DNA of 63,311 nucleotides, filler included, from Platydemus manokwari (Eukaryota): NCBI GenBank assembly GCA_037951405.1. It is 6 parts of 6 records of this genome, joined end to end, with 100 filler letters (N's around TTAATTAATTAA, not from the genome) between each part and the next. Parts side by side here need not be neighbours in the genome. Positions count along the whole stretch, not along the records: positions 1 to 11,366 come from JBBMOY010727761.1; positions 11,467 to 23,878 come from JBBMOY010148899.1; 4 more parts are not named here. One strand, 5' to 3'. Shown piece by piece: positions 1 to 11,809 of this stretch (position 1 is its first letter; each line of letters starts with the position of its first letter). The notes under the pieces were generated by a model. It saw only the letters and a program-made list of their open reading frames with translations, ran no database searches and was not told where the DNA came from. The position numbers and the translations under genes were made by a program.

Positions 1-99
1 TATGGCTAATCATGACAATAATACAACTTGAAATTACTGCAAAACTATAGCCAAACGACAAATTTAGAGATAAGAAATTCAGCATACAAATAAATATTT

Positions 100-500
100 T
101 ATAACTACTTTATTGTGATAAATTACATCTTTGAAATATTGAAGATGCGTAGTTGAGGCTGTAAACTTATCTGATTCAAAAAAAGCTTTGACAATAAAGA
201 CTCTTAACGAAATTTTTATTTATAAGACATGGTTTCTGAAATATATCGATAGAAAAAATTGCACCAAGAGTCTGGACAAAGTAAATAATCAACAAATATC
301 ATTAAATTAAATAAAAATATTCTTTTAAAATCTCTAAAAAAATCAGCGTTAAACCACAAAAGATCCCAAATTATCTGATATTACTAAACTATTCTAATCA
401 ATATAAATTACCATGAGAACTGACAATGATATGACCAATAATTTAAAGCATGGAAGATATTAATCAAAGCTGTATTATTGGCAGAATTCAGTTGCTAACG
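100..500 (+). mobile_element. Highly degenerate non-LTR (LINE) reverse transcriptase remnant
   Basis: Broken motifs resembling D-F-x-K-A-F-D (~170-193) and FLIYINDLP (~388-416); no open frame. Confidence 0.3.
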
Positions 501-895
501 CAAATAAGTTGCGTTGTGACAGAAAATAGAATTTACAAAAATATTTCAAATTTTCAAAATTCAGTACCAGTCAATCATTTTAAAACAGTCTTTTCATCAA
601 AATTAGAAAATAGATTTAGACATCACATACTGATAACTAGTTTTAGATTATTTTAAATATCTTTTTAAATTTCTTCTGCTTATATTAAAAATATGAATGG
701 TGATTTCCCTTTACTAGGATTTCAAGTAAAAATTAATCCCAGATCATTAAATATAATTATTGATTATAAGAATAAATAACGAAATATTGAATAAATTAGA
801 ATTCCCAATTTCCAATTGGTTTCTTTTGACTCTTAAATTAAACATAAATATTCTTGCGCATTGTTTCGACATAAATAAGAGAAAAATATTGAAAA

Positions 896-1132
896 ATGAA
901 ATCTCAGTTATTTTTCATTATATTGATTGGTCTTCTGAATTCACAGAGAACGCAACTCGATGATTGTCGCGATAAATGTCTCACAGATCATGGAAATCCT
1001 TGCATTGAAAACTGCAACGCATTAGATGATTCAGAGAGATCGCAATGCATTGTAGGATGTCAACAGAATATTATGTCTTGCTCAAGAAATTGTTCAAATA
1101 CTATGGAAATAACATTACTGAGAGGAACTTGA
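896..1132 (+). CDS. Small secreted cysteine-rich peptide (78 aa) with four CX3C motifs
   Basis: ATG start, hydrophobic signal-like N-terminus (MKSQLFFIILIGLLNS), 8 Cys as CRDKC/CIENC/CIVGC/CSRNC, AATAAA ~20 nt after the stop, no intron. Confidence 0.7.
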   Translation: MKSQLFFIILIGLLNSQRTQLDDCRDKCLTDHGNPCIENCNALDDSERSQCIVGCQQNIMSCSRNCSNTMEITLLRGT

Positions 1133-1429
1133 AATCATTTTAGATGAAAAATAAATAAATTATAAATGCGTTTTGAAATTTGAGTTGTCAAAACTGTTGC
1201 AATTGATGCCAATTTGATAAATTTTTATTGAAGATCTTTGATTTTTGTTCAGAAAAATCTGAGATAAAAATTGAAAAATAAAATAACTCAATTCAACTAA
1301 AAATAAAGATAATAATAAATATATTCGAGAAATCAAAATCCTCTGCATCATTAAACTCATTAATGTCAAAATATATACCAATCTTCACATCAATTTAACT
1401 TATTTATTTATCACATAAGACCCTCGCTT

Positions 1430-4400
1430 GTTTGCCGAAACAAGCACAAGAAGCGCTCAAATTCAATATTCAGAAATTTGATAGCGGTAATTCAAACGAG
1501 GCCGCAAAGTGGATCCAAGATACAAAGGAAAGGATATTTATTAATAGTATCAGCCTGATTAGCGCATTCGACTTACTGCTTTCGAACGAGGCAGGCATTT
1601 TGTAGAAAAACTTTAAATCGGAAGATACCACAGAAGAATCAGGTAAAACATGGTTTGAAGATACATTTACAATCAAAAAATCGATACTGGATATGATTGT
1701 CGAATTTGCAAATGTTCAACATTTTGAGACCGAAAGGTTTGCTACCTTCGAGATAAGAGTTCACCAATTGGTTGAGGCCATGATGAATTTCGGATTGAAA
1801 CAAGATTCTATAGTGAAGGATAGTACCAGCAAGAGAACACGATCGAATGGATTAAAATACGCTCTTGCCCTGAAACCAGATATGGATATCATAGAATTCA
1901 GAAGTGCTGCAAAGGTGTTCGAGAATCGAGAACAAAGTGTACAACGAGATTCTCAAGCAATCAATACAATTCGTAGAGACAGCTATGCTCAAGCACTAAA
2001 AACTGGAAGAAGCAACCATTGGAATAGCCAGTACAAAAGAAAAAGCATAGTCCAGTAATTATAAGCCACCCTATGCTATCAGAACACGAACCCCGAGCCA
2101 ATAGCTTCGGAACAGAAGTTCATTTCAAGCAGAGAGAGAAACTTTACAGAATCTTTACAATAAATGTCGAGACAATTGATTCTGCTGTGGAGAAAGCGAT
2201 TACTACAGAAGCCAGTGTTCCCTAAGGCACAAATTTTTAATATGCGGACAAGAAGGCCATCATTTCAGATCATGCCATCTAATACGAGGTACCAGACACA
2301 GAGTAGAAGATAGAATGTTATGTATTCAAGATGAAATCGAGGACCAATTTGATCCAATTGAAGACCCAGTAATGCACGAGATAGAATAAAAAAAACCACA
2401 ACAACTCCGTCGCATACATATGGTCGGTGTGGTTGAATCAATAGATAACAAGAAAATTCCAAATGGAACCAAACATGAAGAGATGTTTAAGAAGGACGAC
2501 GTTAGGATGTGGTGTAGAGTGTCGATCAACGGAGCTGAAGAAGAGACATTGTGAGATTTGGCGGCGTCTATCACACTGATGAGCAAGAGTTATTGGAAGA
2601 AAACGGGGAGCCCGAAATTGCAGCAGTTTGATGACGCTAAGTGGAGTGTTTTCAACAGATGCCGAACGCCTTTTTGGTTATTCAAATATCGTTACCAAGT
2701 GGAAAGGAAAGAAAAGAAAAATTAGGGTAGTGATAGCAAAAAGAATTTGTTCCGATTTGATTGGAGGTTTTGACACGATAAATGCATTCGGGATTCAGTT
2801 GAAAGAGGTGGTCACAATCGATTCATCACAATTTAACGACAAATATACAGATGAAAAAAGATTGAAACGCGCAATGGAAACGATCAAGATTGAAACCACC
2901 GTCAGAATTGGAAGACTCATCAAGGAATACGGAAAAATATTCATTGCCTCGAAATTAGATCTAGGCAGAACCAACTTAGTTGTTCATGATATTAAATTTA
3001 CGGGAAACCCTAATTCGCAGAATCCCAGAAGACAGTCCATGCACTTAGAAGCAAAAATTGAAGATGTGATAAAAAATTTGCTCGAAATAGGAGTAATAAG
3101 ACCAGGCAAGAGTGCTTGAAATTTACCACTGTTCATCATAGGAAAAACGGATGGCTCTATCCGGATGTATGTGGATTATCAAAAACTCAATAGAGTAACC
3201 GAAAAATTTAGTTTCCCCATGCATGATATCCACCAACTTTTGCGGATGCTAAATATTTCTCCTCGATAAATTTGGGACAGGCTTATTACCAGGTCGAACT
3301 AAGTTCGAGATCCCAAAATTGCACAAGAACCGGCCAATACTGTTTCAACAGACTCCCGTTTGGACTATCTACAGCAACAGTAAACTAATGCACAAGCTGT
3401 TGGAAGGATTGATCTTTAAGGGCGTTAATATACTGAAAAACTCAGCAAGAGCATCACAATCTACTGGAAGACGTGTTTCGACGAATTCAAAGGTCGAGTC
3501 TGAAAGTGAATTCGGAGAAATGTAAGCTTAAAGATGAAGTAAGGTTTATAGTCCAGACAGTCAGTGCCTATGGCATACGGACTAATTACGACAAAATTGA
3601 ACAGATACGAGATGTCCCAGTACCACAGTATACCAAACTGCTATCATTTTTAGGACTGACAAACTATTATAGGCGATTCATCAAAGATTATGCTTTAATA
3701 GCGGCTCTACTATACAGCGAGTATGTTGTTTACTTTAGACAATACTTGTATGGAAAGAAATTCATCGCGAGAACTAATCACAAAGCCTTGGTATTCTTGA
3801 ACTCGACACGAAAACCGATCATCCCTCAATTTCAAACATGGACTGTCAGAATACGATTTTGATTTAAGATACAGAAAAGAAGAGAATCATAGTAATGCAG
3901 ATGGATTGTCTAGGATCAACGAGATACTATGTTCCCAATGCAATACGAAAAACGATGGAGCAAAGACGGGAAAGCCGAAAACCAAATATTTAGCTCAAAA
4001 ACAAATAAATCGGAGATAATGCAGAAAATACAGGAAGCACAGCACAACAATGCAAAAATAGTGGAGATGTTCCTATTTCTAAAAGGTGAAAATACTCGAA
4101 TTGTGAAAGCGCAGAATTGTGAAATAAATATTCACTTTGGAGACTAAAAGATAACCTGAAGGTAATTGACAATACGGTGATGCAGGATAAAGAGAAAGGT
4201 TTAGCTGCAATAATACAAAAAGATTTTTCGGCTCAATTTGTCAAGACAATTCACGAGGAGCTCTGCCACTTAGGCTCAAAGAAAACCTTCGCATATTTGA
4301 ACAACTGTTTTTATTGGTCAGATATGTTCAACACCATCAAAAAGATACTGAAAGAATGTATGATATGTGCAAAGAGAAAAGTTAATCAATCCAGAACTAA

Positions 4401-5510
4401 GCAGTTTCTGCTCCCTCGGTTTGGCACTGAGTTTCAAGAACGAATTGTGGTGGACATTGCACAAATGGACGCGATTCATGGTAACAAAAAATACCTAGTA
4501 GTCATTATCAACAGATTCAGCAAGATAGTGAGCCTCACTGCTACATCTAACCAATACGAAAAGACAATCCTCTAGGTCATTGTGAACTCGTGAATTTATG
4601 ATTTTGGAAAGCCAAAGAGAATTCTATCTGAAAACAGGAAACAATTTGGAGGCAAATCTACGAGGGAATCGTATTCAAAATTGAGAATCAAACAAGAATT
4701 CAGCTCACCATACCAGAACGGACTAGCGGAAAGAGTCATCAGGACGGTAACATATATGATAACAACTACTTTAAAGATTAAGAGTCCTGAGAAACATTGG
4801 TCTGAATTGTTGCAAGAATAGAGTTCTGCATAAACAAATCAATCAACAACGAAGTTCTCGCCTTTCGAGATAATCTACAGGCGGAAGTTCAATGTTCATA
4901 CAGATGTGAGCCACAAGAATCAAACTGAAGATGATACTGCAGCAGCAGCGAGAGAAATTTCCAAGGTGGCAGACGACACAATGTCTAACAGAGACAGGGC
5001 AACAAGAACACATTGAGCTTTTCAGGTAGGTAGAGAAGGTGCTAGTTCGCGTAGATCACCATAAGAGGAAGAAAAATGGATACCAGTACTAAGGTGCTTA
5101 TCGAATTACCGTATTCAAGTCAGACAGACAAGTGGAGATTCAATTCCCTCATGCGATAAAATCCAGGCGATTAGTGTGACTGAAACGGTGGAGCGGGCCT
5201 TAAGAAAAGGCGAGTAACGTGATTAAATAAAGAAACACGTGGTGTTTGTTTAAATAATTTATTGGTGTATGAGTGTAGTTTTTCAAATAAATATTATGAA
5301 TGAATACTTGTTTATTACACTTATCTATGATATAATCATTGTGTTGCATGTACTTATTTGAAATCAAATCACAATCACAATGAGTACCACAGTAAAATAA
5401 TTCGTAGAAGTAAATATGAGCTCTCATCTGTCAGATTAATAACTCCTTCAAAGGCAATTTACTGAATATGTAATCACATTATAACTAAGATTTCATTGCA
5501 TCTAACACGT
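1430..5510 (+). mobile_element. Degenerate Ty3/Gypsy LTR retrotransposon (copy 1): gag, protease, RT, integrase, probable 3' LTR
   Basis: Gag-like 1430-2300; protease (~2510-2800, LIGGFD); RT motifs DLGRTNLVVHDI, FLGLTNYYRRFIKDYA; integrase HEELCHLG...CMIC and VVDI...YLVVIINRFSK; purine tract AAGAAAAGGCGAG ~5202 followed by an LTR-like segment. Many stops and frameshifts; LTR limits are approximate. Confidence 0.9.
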
Positions 5511-5517
5511 GTGATTT

Positions 5518-5753
5518 GAGCCCTTGATTATGAAAGTGGTATAAGTCATTTCAACCTTTCAAAACCAAATTTCCATTTAAAAATAGCAATAAATTTCACG
5601 ATCATATTAAATGCTGATTTATCGGCGCTAATTAATTGTCAAAATATTTCATTCCATAATACATAAATATTTTTTAATTCTTTAACATTCAAATCCCTTA
5701 ATATCTCCAAACAAGAAATATATGACTTATACCACTTTCACAATCAAGGGCAC
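5518..5753. mobile_element. MITE with 32-bp TIRs and 4-bp ATTT target-site duplication (Sola-like)
   Basis: GAGCCCTTGATTATGAAAGTGGTATAAGTCAT (5518) vs ATGACTTATACCACTTTCACAATCAAGGGCAC (ends 5753); ATTT on both flanks; second copy at 34640-34708. Confidence 0.85.
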
Positions 5754-6873
5754 ATTTATTATACTACTTATTTATATATAACCAAGTAAATATTTTAAAT
5801 AAATTCACAGTTTTTGAAGAGGATACCGTAATAATCGATCCAAATTTATTATTTTGTCAGTAATCATAATTAATCAATATTTATATTTGAATGAATTTCC
5901 CTTAAATAAGTATATATATATATATATATATATTAATTATATATAGTTCATAATAATAATCTTAACTTAACTGGAAATCAATCAAACACTCTGTGATAAT
6001 TGATTTGTGTATTGAATTGTGCCATCACTAAATGAACACATTTCGAAATAAACAAAAGTACAGGTTAAATCTTAACAGCTAAAAATCAAATTATTAATTT
6101 AGAATTATTAATTATATTTTGAAAAATTATTATTACGAATTAAATGTTGAATCAATGGGAGGTAACAAAAACGGGGTAAAAATCCCTGCCGAGCAATGTA
6201 TTGTTACAGGAGATTTACATATTGAATAAAAAATCAAATGAATGAAACAGAAAAACAATAGATTGTTCAAAATTTTCTTCATAAATGTTACTGGAAACAA
6301 ATTTTTTATTCTATTTGAAGATTATTTTGTCATCAAAATAATAACAGGAAATAAGAAAACAAATAAATTAATAATTGAGCTAGAAATTGCACGATCACGG
6401 CCGTTATTTTTGCTTCATTTTCTCTTCATTTTCATTTTTACAAACCAATGTTAACGTCATCATTTTGTTTCTATATTTATAATACAACCGAAACCATTAT
6501 TATATTTCAGCGCTTCTAATTATAAAAGTTCACATATCAACACTATGTCACCAACCATCATTATTATTTCTTTTCTATCTTGCTTCTTTCCATAACATTT
6601 TATCACCCCTTCCTTACTCATTCTTTATAATTTTAGATATATAAAAAAAACAACGGTATTTATTTTCTTTCCGATTTATATCTTTTTATCTTTTTACTTC
6701 TCCATCTTTTTCTAGTCTGATAGTCAACAAAATATAGATGTCGAACAAAGTCGTGCTAGCTCAACAAATTTTAGAAATAAATTTCAATTAAATATTCACT
6801 GTTTGATGATATGAAATATTGTTCTTCACTGCAATTCAGTTCCAATGTGATTTATGCATAAAATTAAAGATAA

Positions 6874-9836
6874 TCAAAAAGTGCCGTTCAATCTTTGCAT
6901 ATTATTTTGTGGACTTTTATAAACGCCTCCACTCATTTTGATTACTGTATTGATCTCATCAGAATTACGGTTCACATCCCGACTGCTGAGGTGATAGGCC
7001 AGTTTTCGTACATCTTTAATCGATAGTGTTTTATTAGAAGAACTTTCACCTTTTGATAATTGGATCGCGAAGATACATATCAATGGTCCGCAGTCAACAT
7101 CATTCTCCTGAAACCATAGTGAGAATGGTTGATTATGACAAATCTAATGACAGGTATTGAAACAAGAGTTCAGCTGGGAATGAATTCTAAGACACAATGG
7201 TCTTTGATTCATCCTTTCTGAACACACCCGTAATAGGATCTAACCAGGAATTTGTTTTGGATATTTTGTCATAAACAAACAAAATCCAATGACAATTACT
7301 AATATTTATCGGTACGAATAATTTTGACGCATTTCGATGACGCTCCTGGATATCATAAAGCTGTCGACAATTAATTAACAACCACAATAGGGTTAATGAA
7401 TTCCGAGTCAGGTTCAATCAATAGGGCTTCCAGTACTCTAGTGATATCCATATCATTGAACCAAGCCTTGGAATCAAACTTCGAGGAGCGATCAAGTGCA
7501 TTCAAAAGTTTTTGATCTCGAAAATTGTGATCTGCACTGGTGAGATCGGGAGAAATACAATGGTCCAGTGCAGTCACGATTCCTCAATTTTCATGAGAGG
7601 TAGATACAGGAATTGATGTTAATTCCGTTTAATTATCAATTGGATCGTGTCCATCTTGATCTCTTTGTTGGCCAACTGTTTTTGCAGTGTGAGAACGAAG
7701 TTTTTAAGGGATTGAGGTCCAATTAGGAGAAATTTCACATTTCCTTTTCTTCGTGCCGGTCGTGATAATTGGAAAGGCAGAATCAAGCCAAGTGGGACTA
7801 TTTAGAAATCCAAGGATTTCAATAATCTGTTCCTCAACTTTGTGGTTTAAAGTTAATGGATTAGCCACGTCAAGGAGTAGGGTATTATGATTTTTAATCA
7901 ATAGACTCACAGAGTGCCTGAGTGCTCCTTTCATAGCACTCAATGCTTTGTTGAGCTTTCGACAGCCGCTATCGGCCAACATCTTTTCCAATTTGCCATT
8001 TGGATCTATCAATTTGTTGATTTTCACTGCTTTATCTTTACTAATTGATAGATATTCTGTGATGAACACATTGTATGTGTTCACCATTTAGTTCCGGGTG
8101 TTGCTCCATTAATTTACTAAGTTCCTGAGTAATCAGGGCCTTTAGTTCATTAACAGGCTCATCAACAGATTCTCTGAGTTTTAATTTGCAATTGATAAAC
8201 TCAGCCTGTTTATGGGGATTCGGTTTTTATATCTCTAGATCTTTAAGTGTTCGATTGAAGTAATCGTTTCGGTTAGTAGAGTTAGTGTTTGAGGCACCTC
8301 TACTAAGCTCGGTAAAATTCTCGAAGAGGAATTTACTTAAGGATTCAGGCGCATCGATCAAATTTTTCCCTATATGAGGCTTCTTTAGTAACCTATCCTC
8401 ATAAACAGAGATCATCGTTTTTATATTATCGGCCAAAGTATCTTTATGTAGCTCTATATATAACTTTGACATTCTCATGAGAACCCGTGAGCAATGTGGA
8501 GTTATACATTTGATCTTACTACTGACGCTACTATCATCAAGCAATTCGTTGGCGCGTTCGGATCGAGAGACAGCAGTCTCTTTTTTGGAACTTTTAATTA
8601 GATTCCAATTATTTTTCAGAGTCGATTTAATAAAATTCAGCTCAATTTTGTTAATTGAGCGAATATTATTTTCTAGGCCACTATCGTTCTCAGGATCATT
8701 AACTGTTGGAATTGTCTCTGCTGTTCCATGAGTTTTCCCACGAGTGGGTGAATTAACCTTTTTAGGTTTACTTTTCCGATCTTTTTTGCGTACCGGATCG
8801 GTAGTATCAGATTTATCTGATGTGATAACCTTTAATGGTCTATTTCCTTGTTAATTTTTTTGATATTTAGGAGCATTGGGTGTGTCTATATTAGCATCTT
8901 TAATCCCCTGTTTTGCATCCATTTTAATATCATTATCGTCGTTTATCGGGATTACTGCTTTCTTACCACTATCTTGAGCGATATAAAAAGGTTCGTCCTT
9001 CTTACTCAGACTTGGAGGTTTCTGATCATCCAGGCACGAGTCATCATTATTATTTTTATTGCTAGTAATGACATTGGAAACAATCTCTTTTTTAAATTCA
9101 TTTAATTTGTTTTCCCTATGTTTAAAAAGATCTGCAAAGTTTAACATTTATCATTATTTTTAGATTTAACTGGATTATTTCCATTGTCATTACTATTATC
9201 GAAAGAAGACTCATTGATCAGATGACAAAACTTTTTCAATTGTTTGACAATAAAGATAAATTCTTTATTGTCTTTCCTATTTTTTTGTATACATATTTTA
9301 GTTCTATTTATAATATAATTAAATACAGATACAACATTTTTTAGATTGTCATTAAAGTTTTTGGTTTCATCACCAAGTTTAGAGTCATTTAAATTATGGT
9401 AGAAGTTAACCATTATGTTGAGTGAGCTACAAATTATACTTAGGGTATAGTTGTAGTCACTACACAGAATGGAGTCTGTGAACTTGGTATTTTTAAGGTT
9501 AACTTTAAATTCTGACTTAAAATTATTATTGAAGTCAGCCATAAAAAGACTAAGTATTTTGATATAATGTTTGAAAGTCATCTGATCATTGATGCTTTTA
9601 CTAATTTGGTAAAGTTTGTTAATAAAAATTTTAAATAAATAATTAAAAGTAATTAAATTATCATCATTACAAAAATTTACCAAGCTACTATCCGAAATTG
9701 GAAAAGTATTTAATATTAATGATAACATTTCTTTAAATTTGTTAAAAATTAATGAAAAGTTAGAATAATTCTTACGTATATTAAAATTTTCAAGTTTGAT
9801 TTCAGATTTCATATCATAGGCAGTTGGACACATCAT
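6874..9836 (-). pseudogene. Disrupted long intronless ORF ending in a Ulp1/adenain-like (clan CE) cysteine protease; probably TE- or virus-derived
   Basis: Run of same-strand ORF fragments 9836->6874; protease motifs AWFNDMDI, FVPINISNCHWIL (His), WLDP (Asp), QENDVDCG (Gln/Cys) within ~7000-7480. Confidence 0.75.
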
Positions 9837-10129
9837 TCAAACCCCACAAAAAATAACACGAGTATTTACTCAAAATATCAAACATAGTATTGTAAATTAA
9901 AATATAAATATTTTACTGAGAACGTGTTTACTGACATATTGTAGAATTTACTATAAAGTATGAAATTGATATATTATTTTAGATAGCACACAAATATTTA
10001 TCAAAATGAATTTATTATTATATATAGTGATAATTGTAGGCCTATACTTTGTTCTGATATTGTAAAAAATACAAAAGTTTCTTTTTGCTTGAGTTTTCTT
10101 TGTATCAACTGCGTAACATGTTAACTGAA

Positions 10130-11366
10130 CCTAATGCGAGCCAGTAGCCCTTGCATCACCAAATAATTTTTTTATTTGAAATGATATGATGTGCAATTCA
10201 TGTATACGTAATAATGAATCACGTGATGTTGGTATGGATTTCAGTAGTAAGCGTTTCTTTTTAAATTCTGAATAAAATTTAAAAGGTAATTGTAATTTTG
10301 TAAATGAATTTCAATGTTTTTAATGAAATTTTTTGTTAATAATTCAAATTTTAACTATTTTGTGATAATTGTCAATTTATCGGTAAATCACGAAATTGTT
10401 TAAATGACAACGAAATTACTCATACTTTGAAACTGAAGCTTCAACTGAGAAGGAATATGTTCAAGATATGAATACGAATTTTTCGATCTGAATTTCAATC
10501 AATCAACAATTCCCAAATTGCAAAATATTACTGACGATGATATAAGCAATGAGCCATTTAATGTTGGTATGGATTTCTGTAGTAAGCGTTTTTTTGTAAA
10601 TTTTGAAAAATTTTCATATTTTAAACGTAATTCTGTGAATGAATTTCTATATTTTTTGTTAACATTTTTTGTAAATAATTTGAGATTTAAAAATATGTGT
10701 AATAATTGTGAATTTAATTTTAAAATGAAAAATTGTTCTTCTAATAATGTTTTTGCAACAACTTGCTTGAAAAATTCAAAAGATAACGACATCTCAAATG
10801 TAAATCTGAACAATTTTAAATGCAATGTTTTGAAAAATGCTACAACACCATGTTCGGACAAGGATATTCTAAAAGATATGCTTCAACCAATTAATTCTGT
10901 GAAATTAGCAACAGCAAAATTTATCCGAAATCAATTCAAATATTGTAACAATCAATATGATATAAATAAATCTACAAATCCGCAAAAATCAAAAAAGTTT
11001 CAACTCATGTGGATAAGAAGTCTGAAATTCAAAGAAATATTCAACTGATAATAAGAAACAAAATTCTTCTCTGAGGTGTGAAAATCAACAAAATTTAATA
11101 ATTCCTGAAAAACCATTACTACTATACTACAAACCATTACTACAAATAATGAAGAATAAGAGCTTGGATGATGATTCAATTCCAATCGTTCATATCAGAC
11201 AATTGGCTCATTCTTGCCAATTTGACATTAACAATTCGTCCAAATTTTTGAAATTGATTGGTGGAGGTCAACCGTCGATCACAGTAACTGAAATTCATAA
11301 ACAACTCTTATTTTCAATGAAACAATACCCGGAGATCTTAGTTTTAGATTATCAATTGACTAACAA
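10130..11366 (+). pseudogene. Disrupted ORF divergent from the protease ORF, with an internally duplicated domain; runs into the contig end
   Basis: ORFs 10518-11048 and 11149-gap; direct repeat GTTGGTATGGATTTCxGTAGTAAGCGTTT at ~10228 and ~10563 (VGMDFxSKRFF). Confidence 0.5.
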
Positions 11367-11466
11367 NNNNNNNNNNNNNNNNNNNNNNNNNNNNNNNNNN
11401 NNNNNNNNNNTTAATTAATTAANNNNNNNNNNNNNNNNNNNNNNNNNNNNNNNNNNNNNNNNNNNN
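11367..11466. other. Artificial contig spacer
   Basis: N44-TTAATTAATTAA-N44 (stop codons in all six frames). Confidence 0.97.
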
Positions 11467-11809
11467 TTAAATATTAGAAAAAACTAACGGTGTAATTTTG
11501 AAATATAATAAAACATTGATGGAAACGAGTTGTCTTTTTACTAGGTGTATGACTGGTCTTTTGAAAATGTAATGCCTTATCTAAGTATAAAATTTATCTT
11601 ATGTTCTTTCCATCTTAAAAGTTTGGGAAACTTCATTGCTGTCTAAAATTATTGGACACACAAAACATGGTCTATTCAAGGATATAAATATTTCTATTCA
11701 CAATTAACCAGTAAACTTTTATTGTAACTTTTAATTGATAAAATCGAGTTTGAAAATAATATAAATTTATTATAATTATATTATTTATATTATATAGCTT
11801 ATAATTTAG

